The notes beneath the pieces are model-generated. The model was not told the origin of the DNA. It made no database searches and saw only the letters and a list, made by a program, of their open reading frames with translations. A program made the translations under genes and the position numbers. A stretch of DNA of 63,999 nt, counting the filler, from Craspedostauros australis (Eukaryota), in the NCBI GenBank assembly GCA_030167865.1. It is 5 parts of 5 records of this genome, joined end to end, with 100 filler letters (N's around TTAATTAATTAA, not from the genome) between each part and the next. Parts side by side here need not be neighbours in the genome. Positions count along the whole stretch, not along the records: positions 22,228 to 52,705 come from JALAGF010002280.1; positions 52,806 to 59,010 come from JALAGF010002283.1; positions 59,111 to 62,890 come from JALAGF010002284.1; 2 more parts are not named here. One strand, given 5' to 3'. Position 1 is the stretch's first letter. Each line of letters starts with the position of its first letter. Of this stretch, positions 47,112 through 60,610 are shown one piece after another.

Positions 47112-49899
47112 AACAAGGTGACGAAACCGCGCTGAAGTATGTGCAGAAGACAGGCTGTGATGCGATGGTGTCGGCATTGCTTGAGTCGAGGATGGCTGAT
47201 GATCCCGGCGCGAAACATGGACGGGCAGAGCCGCAGTTGCGACACGTTGTTGGAGGGGTATGGTAGGGATAGTCAGAGGCACTTTACACATGAATAGATC
47301 ATTCTTGCATCCAATATCACAGTCTGACTCATTCTTAATGATACTCGTAGTGCATCGCAGCTCTTTTTGTAGTGTCGATAGCGACCGAGGTTGGTTTGGG
47401 ACGCACAGAAGCCCCACGGGCGGCGATAATCTTCGTGTTGCTTCATCTCTCTCCAGACGAATCTGCTCTATTCATGACGCTGTTGACGTGTCATCTCTTG
47501 GTGTGGCCATTCGACGCAGAAGGAATCGCGGGTTCGCCCTCTTACATGCCAGCGGCACCATTCATTCCACGCTTTGTCGCAATCTCTCCGTGCGGTTGGG
47601 TTGTCCTTTGACATGGAGGCGTGTCTTTGCGTTGAGCTCATGCGAGCCGAAGCAGTGACATAGTGCCGACGGAAACGATCGTGACTATGGTCGAAGCGTG
47701 CTTGATCACGTGAGAGGAGAGTGCGATGGAAGCGCGTGTGTGCACGAGCATGGGCGCCTTGGAAATTGCGGGAAGAGGTCATAGTAATGAGGATGTTTCC
47801 GCCAGAAGATGGAGAATGAATTGACGAGAAGAAACCTGTTTGCAGCCGAGCATTGTAGATGGATGCTCCACTGTGTTCGTACTTGTGTCGACATGCTGTG
47901 ACGGAAGAGCCGCCATGCTCGTCACCATCCTTGGCACCCGATACGACCAATGATCTTTTTTGGCAAGGCCATGTGCGGCCTTCCAACCCAAATGTGTCGG
48001 TGATCACTCCTCGCCTCAATTTCGTCGAGCTTGCCATCATCGATGTCGCCAATCGTCCATCAATTTCGTCCATGCAAATCGGGCCAAGCCGGCCAAGCAG
48101 CTTGCACTCTGTCCATGTTGCTTGAACCGTCTCCATGGCAGTGCATGGTACGGATAGAGCGCGTTGAATCGTTGCTTTTGTGCTGGTCTTTGCTTCATTG
48201 TCGCATTGACGGTATCGACATCATCGATCATTCTCTGTCCTCGGCCTGTTTCATGTTCATTGTGTGCAGTGATCTCACGAGTCCGTGCTCAAGAAAGTGC
48301 ATGGTGATGGTGTACTCGTACATGACGGCAACAATGCCGCCGCCGCTACTGTTGCTGTCTATGCGCCTGCTGATCACAATGTTGGCACTGACGATCGTCA
48401 CATCATCGTCGATGGCGAAACACCATTTTGTATCCTTGCACGGAGCTTTGTTGTCGTTGTTACGGATGTTCCAGTTTTTGTGACGCGATGTTGTGAGAAA
48501 TATGGTGAGCAATTTTGTGTGGTCACAGAAGCTCGGCTTGCCGTATTCCTCTCTCAACGGAAGTCGGGACTTAGCGAGTCACATGTTCATTTGGTCATGT
48601 TGTTAGGATGAGTGCCACATGGGACATGACACACTCGCAAGCACATGCGGAACACGATGGACAGGCGCGATCTCTCCCTCCAATCAAAAATTGATGTCTA
48701 GCCAAATTGTTCGATGTCACGTGTGAAAATGCTCTGTTGTCCGATAGTTTGGGTGTGCGGACAGCGACATCGGAAGCAAGAATTCGGAAAAGACGGTCAG
48801 ACACAATCCAACGCTCTGGCGACAGCGCTGAGAAAGCTCACAACGTGCACATCCCACGAATCTGCTGCTTCCGTGTTTTTGGTGTGTATTGTTGCCACTT
48901 TACTGCGCGATCTGTCCCAACAATTTTCGCTCTTTCCCACTTGGACGTGTGTGTGGAGCGTGTGCGCGCGTGAATTGCGCGAATTGCGCGAATTGTGCAG
49001 AGAGAGGTACGGCTGGTTGTTGGAAGCGAATGGTGTGACATGAGCGGAAGAGACACGAGGGCGGTGCGGGTGAAAAGGAATGCAAAAACAAGTGGAGGAA
49101 GAAAACTGAGGGGAGACAATGAGCACCACACAGAGTCGTGATACCAAACCACACGATCGCTTCGTTGCTCCCAAATTTGGAAGTTGTTCCTTTGCTCTGG
49201 TGTTCTTGACCTCTGCCACTGGCATCATCTCAGGAAAGCACCTCCGCTCAATCGGATCTTCCGTTGAAGAGTCTCAGAAGGCAGAAGAGGCCTGTCCGCA
49301 CCCGGTCATAGCACTGCAGAGGTCACCATCAGCAGTGACAACATCAGCGACGGCATCAGAATCGAGTGGCAGTAGAGCGGTCAAGTACGAACTACTCGTA
49401 TTCCAGGACTTGCGATCTGCTCCCAACAAAGAGTTCCATCTCCGACAACGCATCACATCACATCACAACGCATGACAACACCACAAGCGAGCATCACAAC
49501 TCAGCAAATCGAAGCACAAGGAAGAAGCGCAAGGCACAGCCCAACACGACCGAACACACACTTGAACACGATAGAAGAGAAATCGACAGGAGGCGCGAAG
49601 CCAAGAACTCACAAAGCGGGAACACAGATATCAGTTTTGCGTCGGATACTTGAGGACAAGCATCTGCCGATTCCAAGACCGACAGGCTCGTACACTCCGT
49701 ATTCGTAATTCTCTCTCCCAAAGGTCACGAATTCACACAATTCGGCTGCGCAACAGATCAGAGGACCATACGACCAACCAATACGATACGAGCCACTTCG
49801 AGTTGAACAGAGTAGTCACATTAGTGCTACAACTATACTCTGCCAAGGCAACGAGTACGAGCAGACACAGAAAGTTAGATAGGCAGAACAGGATTGAAG

Positions 49900-52336
49900 A
49901 TGGAGATCACAACTTCCGAGATCGACGTGATCGACGTGGTGCCTCTTTCATCTGAAGATGCGAATGGAGATGCAGACGGCCCCTTCTCTCCCAGTATGAG
50001 CAACAGCATCAGCAGCTCTGCAGACGAAGGGTTGACAGATGCCACCTTCCCTACCTTCCCTCCCACAACGATCTCTTCAGGCCTGACGTCTTTGACAGAT
50101 CCGCTCGATGCCATCTCCAATTCTACCTCTAATTCCACTTCAGCATCAGACGATGGGAACAACGGCGGGCATCACTCCAAAGCCATGACTACAGATGACA
50201 TCTTCCTCACGGCTTTGGCCGTTGCGCTCATCTTCATGATGCTGGGATGCTCACGATCATCCATCCCTCCACCAGAGCTGCGCAGAGGAGAGCAGATCCG
50301 TCAGAGAGCTCAGGAAAACCTCCAGAGGCGCAGGCAGAGGCGGGAGCGACGCCGCGAGGAACGGGAGGCCAGACAGAAGATCAAGAAGGATACTCCGGAG
50401 CAGCGCAAGCTGTGGATGAGAGCCAACATGTACGAAACGGTGAGTCCAATCAGAAATCGCTGTGGTGGTCAACGTCACAGGCATGGCCACTGTCTATGTC
50501 GCTGTCACTTGCACGCGTCGTCCATGATGTACGCGCATGTTAGAGTACTCAATTGCATTGCCATCTGCCAATACATCCACCTCCTCACCCGTGCCACTGC
50601 CACTGCCATCGCACCAACACTCCAAATCCTCACTCATCTTTCAACAGACCATCCAAAAGCAAGAACCGAACGGTTACTTCTACTGGACAGTGCAGGAGGT
50701 GCTGGACTCATTCCACCTTTCCAACACCCTCTCTCGCCCGAGCAGCGCGGCTTACGAATCCAAAGGCGGCCTTGACATGAATGAAGATGAAGATGCTGAT
50801 ATGGATATTGAGCAGGGTGGGTCGCATTCTCAGACCAGCGCTACCGCCCGCAACAACAGTAACAGCAACAGCAACACGGACGGTAGAACTGCATCAAAGC
50901 TACCACTGCCACCACCAACCTCCAGCCCGTTCTGTGTGCCCATCCTCACCAATGAAATGCTCAACAGCGATGTGGAAGAGGAATCAACCTGCATCATCTG
51001 CATGGAGGACTTCCAAGTGAACGACGTCGTCTCATGGAGCTATCAGAACAACAAGCCATGCACGAGATCACGATCGAAGTCAAAAGCGACATCGGGATCG
51101 ACAGCAACAGGCGCTGGCTCAGACATTGATGCAAGCGCAAATGCAAACACAACGGAAGAGTCTTCACCGTCATGGTGCTGTCGACACGTCTTCCACGTCG
51201 ACTGCATCCAGCTGTGGCTGTGTGATCAGCGTCAGGATGATTGCCCGGCATGTCGCACAGAGCTTCTCGTGCGCAACCCGCATGACAGTGGCAAGACCGT
51301 GGATGTGCCTCATGCGAAGCAGCTATCGGGATCGATAGATGTGATCCATGAGGCCGGCACGGCCAACGATGGAACAGATGGCAACAGCTCAGCGCAGCCT
51401 CGAGCAATGCATGGGCGGGAGACTGCACTCAACACATCGTCGGACACCGCGGATACCATCTTCTCCGACAGCGGCAACGACACTGACAGCGATAATGACA
51501 ATGATAACGACAACGAGAACGACAATCAAAGCAACAGCAGCACTGGCAGCACCGATCACGATTCGGACAGTGATGCTGACAGCGCCAGCAGCAGAAATAG
51601 CAGCACGGAGGACGTCTTCTTCATCATGGGAGGTCTGCTTGTGAGAAGATCCTGCGCCATGCAGTCATCCGCCGCTGCAACCGCATCCATGGCATCTCCC
51701 ATCCACACCAAGCCCGTGATGACGCGCTCCAGCTTCCTGCAATCCGCTCTCAACATGATGCCCATGTCGCCCATGATACCCTCCATCCCACTCAGACGCA
51801 CGTTCTCTCAGGGAACACAGCAGCAGCAGCAGCATGGCGGCAGATTCAACAGGCGCAGCTCCGAGGTGGAATTGCAATCAAGATCATCATCGCTCACGGT
51901 GACGCCAGGTGCAGCGCGGTCGGGGATGGCAGCAAGATCAAGGTCCGCTTCGATGGAGATGACCAATGATGTCATGTCCGCGATCTCCTTCAACCAAGCA
52001 AGTGGACTGCCTCCATTGCCATTCCAGCCGCCGCCCTTCGTTGACAGTGCCGATGATGAAGACTACACGCGTCGTCATGAACAGCAAGCACATTCGCAGC
52101 AACCGAGGCGACCGTCCATCACGGCATCGTTGATGTCGGTGCTGTCCAGCCCCATCTCCATGCGTCGATCTCAGTCGGAGGGCATCCGACGTCAATCCCG
52201 GACTGCGCCATCATCCGCCTACCAGCAGGTCCTCCAGGATGGTGACATCAGCGAATATGAAGACGAAGAGTCATTGACGATGTTGGTCTCATCCGACGCG
52301 GACGTCGAAGGAGGCAGCGCACCGCTGGTTACATGA
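49900..52336 (+). CDS. Transmembrane RING-H2 E3 ubiquitin ligase-like protein (exons 49900-50439, 50648-52336; 742 aa)
   Basis: TM segment IFLTALAVALIFMMLGC; phase-0 intron 50440-50647 (GTGAGT...ACAG); RING-H2 CIIC...CRHVFHVDCIQLWL...CPAC. Confidence 0.85.
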
Positions 52337-52705
52337 TGATGCGACTGCTGTCCATGAACGAACCAAGTGACGGAAAGGATGTACATCACCACCACATTAT
52401 CAATATGCACAACAATCACAATTACACCAACATTCACATTCTCAATCGTAAAGGCACGGTATCACAACGTGCCATGCAACCAATCACAACCCCATATTAG
52501 TACGAATATACATACTCTACTCACTCTACGAACATACGCAGATGCGCGAAGCACTCGATGGAACAACGAATCAGTGTCCTTTCGGACGAGGATGACGCAC
52601 AGCACAAGCACGATGTGCCCCACATGGTAACAATAGTACTCTGCTCTACTCTACAAGTATCCCGTTATGATTCAGAACATTGTAGCAGTGACATCCAACC
52701 GACAG

Positions 52706-52805
52706 NNNNNNNNNNNNNNNNNNNNNNNNNNNNNNNNNNNNNNNNNNNNTTAATTAATTAANNNNNNNNNNNNNNNNNNNNNNNNNNNNNNNNNNNNNNN
52801 NNNNN
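52706..52805. other. Artificial scaffold spacer
   Basis: 44N-TTAATTAATTAA-44N. Confidence 0.97.
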
Positions 52806-54794
52806 ATGGATACCGCCTCCGCTCAGCTCAGCTGGATGATCCATCAACTCAAATCAGGCGCCACGCTGTCCAGCACTGCCACTCAATCATCTCAGCCACC
52901 ACCTACGCCAAAAGAGCCGTGCTGGTTCCGGCGGTCTCGATTTCACCATTTGTCCGAGTGGCTTAGGATGTTGGTGCCACTCGATGCCATGATGACGCCA
53001 CTACCCTGCAGCCACCGTGGTCGGAGGCGGATGTTGGCCAGTTGCTAATCTGACCGACCACCACGGAGGTCGCCACGGAGGTCGCCACGCAGGTTGCTAT
53101 GTCAACGATCACGCGGGTGGCCGAAGGAAGCAACGAACCATTCATCCATCCATCTATCTACCCCCAGCGACGAACATGGACAGAAAGGCGAGTCTTGGTT
53201 GGTCGGCAAACAACAAAGCATCACAACCTGCTCCATCACATCAGCACAGATAAGCAAAGTACAGTACTATACTCGCGAAGGAGGAATCAAACGCTGAAGG
53301 AATGATGTCCTGATCGCGTAACGATGGGATGAACCGGCCTTCGTTCAGAAGCGACACAACGGAACCCGAAGAAGTGCGGGAATGTCGGCTGCGATGCTGC
53401 CACTTGCGGAGCGCATACTCCACGGACCACCATGTTCTCTGGAAACAAAGAAGGGGGCCACTCAAGCCAATCCCTGGCAAGATGGTGCCAATTCGGATTC
53501 TCCTCATCGAATGAAGCAGAGTGAATAGAGTCGAGCAGAGTCGAGAACAGAGAGATCATTGAATAGTAGTGGAATCAAAAGGGAGTCTTGGACGGTGATG
53601 ACTCCACAGAAATGAAGTCTTGGTTTCGTCCTTGGATGATACTAATACGGATAGCGCATGATGCTGTGGCTTGTACTATTGCGAGTCGTAGATTCGATCT
53701 TGTCATCGCACGTAAGAGTACTCGTACGCACCAGCCATTTGGATGATCACCTCTCGCAATTGGCTCGCGAGAGCGGGTGAACACCCGTCTACCTCCTGAA
53801 TACGTACGAGTATCAAAGCTGTGAAAGAGTGCTCTGCGCGTACGCGGAAGTGGGAGTGGAAGAGCACTCGGTGGTGATGGCTCTTCTCTTTGCTTGTGTC
53901 AAGGAGGCAGAGCATTTGACCACCATCACAGCAACCACGCTCACGTCGGCCGTCATGTTCATCTCGCGAAGCCACTTGTGCGGGCTACATACTCGCACGG
54001 AGAAGAATGCGCAAGAGTCCACGTATGTATGCGCACGGTCGCACCAACATGTCGGCATGTGCGCGGCATCGTGAACAGGTGCATGAGCGAACACGAGAGT
54101 GACATACATGACAGGCTCCAATCAAAGCAACGCGACTACTGTTGGAACGGGCAGTTATACCTCCGTACAGAAGAACCCAGAATGCAACCAATGGCGTCGA
54201 GCTGCAGTCTAATCAAGCGTCAGTATGAGTACGTATTGTATGATCACAAGCACGAGCATCATCAGAGCGCGGAGTGTGGAGGAGCGACGCAGAAGCAGCA
54301 TCAATGCGGCCCATTTTTGTGGGTGCGTCACTGTCGCATCGAAGATGTTCGTGGAATCATCCAGGAACAATTCTCGTGCAGAATCTCAATTCAGTCCATC
54401 TATTCGAAGACTGCGCGAGACGCTCAGAAGCAGTCGAGTGGGTCGTTGAAAACAATCCGGATCATCATCGAATGCAATCGATCATTCTCCGATTTCTGCC
54501 TGGGTGCCTTATGCCGGCTCGCCACAAATTGAACGCAGATGCGTCATTTCGAACTCATCGAAAACGTAACAACAACAGCAACAACAGCACAGAACCTCCC
54601 TCCTCTCCATCACCCAACCCAGGGAACGGCAATCTCACTGCTACTATCATAAAATCCATTCATCCAACAATCACAACAAGCACAACAATCGCAATTTAAG
54701 ACACAATGTCACTCCACGCATCAAGCATCAAGCGGCAAGCAGAAATCACACACGGCATTCACTTCACACTCGTTCCAAATCCACCAATCCAATC

Positions 54795-55382
54795 ATGTTC
54801 GCACAGAAGCCATCGCACTCGCACTCGCACTCGCATCCACAGCCATCAGCAACATCGACGACGGCAGACTTCATCAAGTCTGAGGTCGGTGCTCATCAGG
54901 TAAGTACGCGATGCAACCGTGGTGGAAAGTGTGATCGGTGGACAGGAGCGCATCTTTGTGCATTCATGTGAACTCCACGGCAACTCATGACAGTTCACAC
55001 CAACTGCGCCCATCACCATGCTAACCCTCTCTTTCATCCCTGTTCCCATCTCTCCACCATGCCTTCGTTGCATGTCCAACATGCAACACTTGATACAATA
55101 CCTCCATAGGTGGTCATATTCTCCAAGTCGTACTGCCCGTACTGCGCCCGCACCAAGCAGCTCTTCCGCACAAACCCAGCATTCGCCAATGTCGACGTCG
55201 TCGTGCATGAACTCGATGACATGCCCAACGGAGGCAAGATCCAGCAGGATCTGTATCGCCTGACAGGTCAGCGTACGGTTCCGAACGTGTGGGTGAATGG
55301 TGAATTCTTGGGTGGCAACGACGACACGCAGGCAGCATTCCGCAATGGCCAACTGCAGAAGGCATTGAGCAAGAGCGGATAG
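54795..55382 (+). CDS. Dithiol glutaredoxin, CPYC type (exons 54795-54899, 55110-55382; 125 aa)
   Basis: DFIKSEVGAHQ splices to VVIFSKSYCPYC...TGQRTVPNVWVNGEFLGGNDD across intron 54900-55109 (GTAAGT...ATAG). Confidence 0.93.
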
Positions 55383-58119
55383 TGGTGCTGCCATCAGCGT
55401 CAGCGACGAGCCGCGCCGAGTACCAAACGCACGATGCGGACGATGATCCGATTGAGCATCGCAGCATGTTCTGGATGCGGCGACATGACGCGGTGCAATG
55501 CAATGAAATGCGAAAGATGCCGCAGCATAGACTCCGCAGAATCTGTACCGGCGTACTCGTAAAATAAAAACACAGAGTAGACAACATTCGATTTGAAAGT
55601 GTGCTGGCTCCACCTCCATGCTGCAGCTCCAACAATCGGTCTGCCTGTGGGGGAAGCAATTGATGCGATTGATGCGATTGCAGCGGCATGGCCCGTCGCT
55701 TGACGAAGTTCCCGTGGATGCAACCGTGATCTTTGGAGACCAGTGGTGATGTTGGCCTGTGCGACTTCGGCGAAGATCTTGGCAGGCGAAATGAAAGGTC
55801 GGCGTATTCGTTGGCCTGGTCATTCCTACGGTGTGCCGAGCTCCTCTTCTTCTCTGATGAGCATCACGATTTCTCCTTGATTGACGTCCATGGGATGACG
55901 ATGGGAGATCCATCACGCGCGTTTCGGCAGGAACCTGATGGTGCGGACACTGCTGCCTCTTTTCCCATTGTTGTGTTGTGATGATGGGCGTTGCGGTTGG
56001 AAGGAGGATGGAGGCAGCAAAGCCTCCAATTTGCGATGATGTTGACGTTCTGCGTTCTCAACAACAAGCGTGACAGTATGATCGGATCTTCGGGTCTGAT
56101 TTGACTGACTCCCCCCACCCAGAGGAACAGCATTGAAGCGATGTGTCCTCGTTTGAAGTTGCGCCTGGTGGCCGGTGACGAATGGCTGTGTACCTTACAC
56201 CTTACATACTGCAAGAACCATTGCTCCCACCGCCTTCAAGTTGGTTCGATACGGTTTGTCGGCGCTTCAAGCGCCTCTCGTGCATGGGACGGCAGAGATG
56301 TATGCAAGTGTGCGTTGTGTCTTGGTGATCTCTCCATCGTTTGGATTCTTCGCGGAAGACACAGCAGCAAGTTTCTGTGGTGTTGTTTCTCGTTCACTGT
56401 TGGTGTGGTGAACGTTGGTGTGATTTGTGAGGAAATGAAGTTGAAGTTATCGAAGAAGACCAACAAAGAATCCTCGCGGCCTTCTATGCGGGTTTCGGTG
56501 GTTGGCGGTATTGATTAATGACCGAATCAATCCTTTCCCACGACGAAGAACGTTGTGATCGAAAGTGCAGATTTACTGTAGCGACCGATGCAAGTGACTT
56601 CGATAACGACACAAGTCGAAGTGCCTGTATCCTCAAGTTCAACTTGGTGAAGGTCATGGCCGGTACCATACAATCGGCGAAGGTTGGAGTTGGAGTGGAT
56701 ACTGGTAGAAAGGTATCCAATACATATGTCTAGTATCTACACTCATCAGAGTCTAGATAGTGACGAGGAGAAGATGGTGGAACGAAATGGACATGAACAT
56801 GAAGTTGAATTCAGCTTCATGGCGCACTTCGAAACGGGGAGTGCTGCAGAGTATGATGTTGTAGTGGACACCGGATAGCGCTGCATGTTGTGGTTACTCC
56901 AGACTCCTCGTACTCTATTCAGGTTGGACAACGAGGCGCCACCTTCTGATGGAGAGAGACTTCGGATGTGGCGATGGCAAATGAGCGTTCGCACAGAAGG
57001 CAAGCCTCTTGTCGGATCCTGTCAGGCGAAAGCGAAGACAGATGTGATGACAAATGCATTCGAGTGCGAGTATTGGTAGTGGTGGAGAGATGGATGGATG
57101 GATGTACAGTTCTTTGGACACAAGGATGAAAGGAGAGATGGTGTGATCCATTCTCGCCAGAGCAGAAGCCAGGACAACTATAACCACGACGACAATCGCA
57201 ACGAAGGAGACAAAGAAGTGCGGAAGAAGGCTGCGGCGGCCTTGACCTCCGTCCTCGTTGTTGGAGGCCACACTCCTTGCTTTTGTTGTTGCTCTTCCTC
57301 TTCCTGTCGGCGTTATCTTTTCGCCAAGGCTCTATCGCCGAGTCGTTTTGTTCGACGCCGTTGTGGTGATCGCCGCAGGCACCATCGTCACCAACACAAC
57401 TAGACTTGTTTGTGCCCAGGCTCTTGCCTAGATTGTTGATCGTTCTCTTCGACGTCACACCGGTGACACCATCACTCGCTCATCACAACTGGGAGAACAT
57501 CGCAATCTTCCCGAACCGAGTCCACGGAACAACGCCAAAATCGTCTCTGGTGAGGCGTTGGTGTTGTTTGGATTGGACCGCCATTCCGCGAGGCATACAT
57601 CTTAGCAAAAGTCTGTTGGGAGTTTCACAGAGAAGAAGGCCCGACACGTTCTTCGGACAACGAGCAGAGGCGGAAAAACAACACACAAACGGTACCGTGA
57701 GTCCTTCAGCACACGCCACGGCATTTCGCACAACTCAGAAACGTGATCGGACGTACGGAAGTTCACCAGCTTGTGCGTTCTTCGTGACAAACACGCACCA
57801 TTGTCCCAACGGAGGAACTCATTGACACGATAGGCCTAGCGATGAGTGGATTGTTTGCGTGTACAACCGCAACATCGCCGTTCGTACTCAGCCTGGGCAC
57901 GACTTGCTTCGCGTTGCGTCTTGCGTGTTGCTCCGACGTGTTACTCTCGTGTTGTTGCTGTTGTTGCCATCATCGCGTCGAGTTGCGTTTTGATCTTTGT
58001 TTTGTGAATTTGTGATGGAGTTCATCTGCTCACAAAACTCAAGATCCAGCCATCTTTCATCACATACAACCAACACACCAACACACAATATCACAATAAC
58101 ACAATAGCACAATAGCACA

Positions 58120-58830
58120 ATGCCATCCCAACAACAACAACAGCAACAAGCAACATCAGGATCAGCCAAGAAGGCCGTCCGCTTCCACGAATCCGTGCGC
58201 GTCAAGTTCCACATCCACGTGCAGGAATTCACAGACGATGAGTACTTCTCATGCTGGTACAGCGACGATGAGAGCAAGACGATGCGCCAGGACGTCAAGA
58301 ACCAGCTGCACGCTCTGCACCATGGCACCCTTGCCACCGTCCCACGCGGTCTGGAGGCCCGCACAAGGGAGGGATCCGCACGCAAGACGAAGCGCAAGCG
58401 CATGGCGTGGGATGCCGTCATGGGCGAGCAGGAAGTGCAGCAGGAGGATGGAGAGAGCGATCCAGAATTCATTGCAGCTCTGTACTCCCAGGCTTGCAGG
58501 CATTCGCTGGCCCAGGCGCACATCCGTGGACGCATGGACGAGCAGATCGTCTACGGTGCTCCAAACAATACAGACAACACAGAAAACAGCGACAAGAGTG
58601 GTAGCAGTGACTTCACCATCACCATGAAGAGCAGCAACAGCAAGAGCATCGTCGCGCCAACCAAGCAGATCTTCCAGTCGTTGGGAAGATCCAGCCAAGG
58701 CGTGAGATCCATTCTCAAGATCGCCAAGATGGGAGGAGCAGGAATCGATGCTGCTTCACCAGCACCAGTGCCCTCCGCCAAATCCCCAACAAGACCGAAG
58801 CAGCGCACCCTCGCGGGTAAGGCCGCCTAA
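58120..58830 (+). CDS. Uncharacterised diatom-family protein (VRF...WY...RGLE...EQ..Q motifs), 236 aa
   Basis: KKAVRFHESVRV, CWYSDDE, PRGLEAR, AVMGEQEVQ, DPEFIAALY, RGRMDE; CAA-rich leader upstream. Confidence 0.85.
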   Translation: MPSQQQQQQQATSGSAKKAVRFHESVRVKFHIHVQEFTDDEYFSCWYSDDESKTMRQDVKNQLHALHHGTLATVPRGLEARTREGSARKTKRKRMAWDAVMGEQEVQQEDGESDPEFIAALYSQACRHSLAQAHIRGRMDEQIVYGAPNNTDNTENSDKSGSSDFTITMKSSNSKSIVAPTKQIFQSLGRSSQGVRSILKIAKMGGAGIDAASPAPVPSAKSPTRPKQRTLAGKAA

Positions 58831-59010
58831 AGAGGAAGGATGTTCGCGCTGAACAGTCCTGGAGCACTCGCTGAGCCTCTACAATCCATCATCACTCACA
58901 AACGCACAATAAATCTCATAAATAGAACATCCTCCTATCAACGCCATTCATACGATCACCAATACTGCGTGTGCTCTTGCGAGCAACACGCTCACGTAGA
59001 TGCCACACTG

Positions 59011-59110
59011 NNNNNNNNNNNNNNNNNNNNNNNNNNNNNNNNNNNNNNNNNNNNTTAATTAATTAANNNNNNNNNNNNNNNNNNNNNNNNNNNNNNNNNN
59101 NNNNNNNNNN
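59011..59110. other. Artificial scaffold spacer
   Basis: 44N-TTAATTAATTAA-44N. Confidence 0.97.
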
Positions 59111-59491
59111 GCAGGTTTGGAACATCAGAAAGGATCAGAATATCCGCAGGTTTGGAACATCACCAAAGGTGACATCGATCATGAGACGACGGTGCCATGA
59201 GAATCAACGACGGAAACATGAGATAGGCAAGTGCTCAAGACTGCAGATCCCTACCACGCAAGCGTAGACAGCTACGACGAGGCAGAGACAAGGAAGCAAG
59301 AACAGAGCATGATGAACGAAGAGGGAAGCACCTAAGAGACAACAGGACGCCCCGTGTCGCCACCGCGNCAGATNCCTGCCATGAAGATGAAATCGAAAGA
59401 GAAAGTGAGATTGTGCTCACAGTTCTAAAACGGTACAGTTTCTAACAGCAGATTAGAATTTAGAACTAACTATAACCCCGGATTTCCAACA
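59111..59491 (-). mobile_element. Partial LTR of the 16959 family, inverted, cut by the spacer
   Basis: Reverse complement starts TGTTGGAAATCCGGGG and contains AACTGTACCGTTTTAGAACTGTGAG, as at 16959-17027. Confidence 0.85.
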
Positions 59492-59829
59492 CATGTAATC
59501 ATGTTCTGGGTTCCGAGCGACTCAACTGTGATAGCGTTTTCGCATAGATGTTTCAGGTTAACCGGTCAACCCTCGTGCTTGGAACACTTCGGTGTTCCGG
59601 TCTCCCTTTCGCATCCATCGTTCGCCATGCCAGTTCGTCAATCCACTTAAACCATGTCTCACGATTAGTCTGTCCGTCGTCCGTCATACTCTTGACACAC
59701 AGAGGAGGAGGTCCACAATAGACTTGGGAGCGTGTCCGACTTTGATAGATCGGTCAGTCTAATTTTGGTATTATGGGAGGTGCGGCAATCTAGGATAATA
59801 CGACATAGTTGCACCCTCGATTCCTGACA
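59492..59829 (+). mobile_element. Distal part of an LTR of the 16959 family
   Basis: Aligns to 17413-17577 plus 18242-18414 and ends CCCTCGATTCCTGACA. Confidence 0.88.
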
Positions 59830-60610
59830 CATATACTCACATGTACATCTCGACATGCACTCATCACGTTGTCTTCCCTCCAATAGTTTTGTTGGCATAG
59901 ACATCGCTGAATCACAGGCATCACCTGGCTCATCTGATTCGATTGGATCACAGTCTTCCATGCTTCACAAGAACAACTTGGATGGTTTCTTTCTCACCTC
60001 CTCATCACACATCTCCGATCATCTCCGATACCTCTCGGACACATCACTGACACTTCACCGATCCTTTGCTGGTTCATCATTGGTGATCTGTTCACAGGCC
60101 ATCTCGCTCTTCGTGACACCTGTCTGTCTCCAGTACTCTTTTCTCATTGGTTGCAACATGGGGGCCGTAGTCGCGTGTATCGTGATGTTGGTCACTGTCG
60201 AAATGTGTGACATCAGTAATTCCCGATTGTACGGGACTGAACCAAAATAGAGTACAGAAACAACAAATACCCCCTACCGTTAACGTGGCAAGCGCATGAT
60301 CGATCACTCCTGAGCGTTACAGGAGCACGTTACTTTTGGGACTACGGGGAATTTTGACAGTCACGATTCCAACATCCCTGCCCCCTGCGACATACACGTG
60401 TGATTCCCATTCCTGCATTGAGGTCACGAACGTCACGGTCCAGTTCGCATTCGGCACGTGGCGTTCTCCACAGCAAGACGCGTGTAGCTCACATTTTCTG
60501 TCACAAAGATCCAAAGTGAGAGGTGCGGTAATACAGTGTTTCACAATGCTCGATTCCCTACCATTGGGAGGTGCGGCAATTCGGTGTTTCAGAACACCCG
60601 ATTCCTGAAA
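59830..60610 (+). mobile_element. Probable fragment of a related LTR subfamily
   Basis: Ends GGGAGGTGCGGCAAT...CGATTCCTGAAA, resembling the family terminus; a second copy of this motif lies just upstream at ~60519-60558. Confidence 0.5.

Noticed and set aside
47120..49890. Many short ORFs between the ankyrin and RING genes
   Set aside because: No domain signatures or consistent splice model.
55700..57480. Minus-strand fragments with a TM-like stretch (FFVSFVAIVVVVIVVLASALA)
   Set aside because: Multiple stops in all frames; possibly a decayed gene, but not identifiable.
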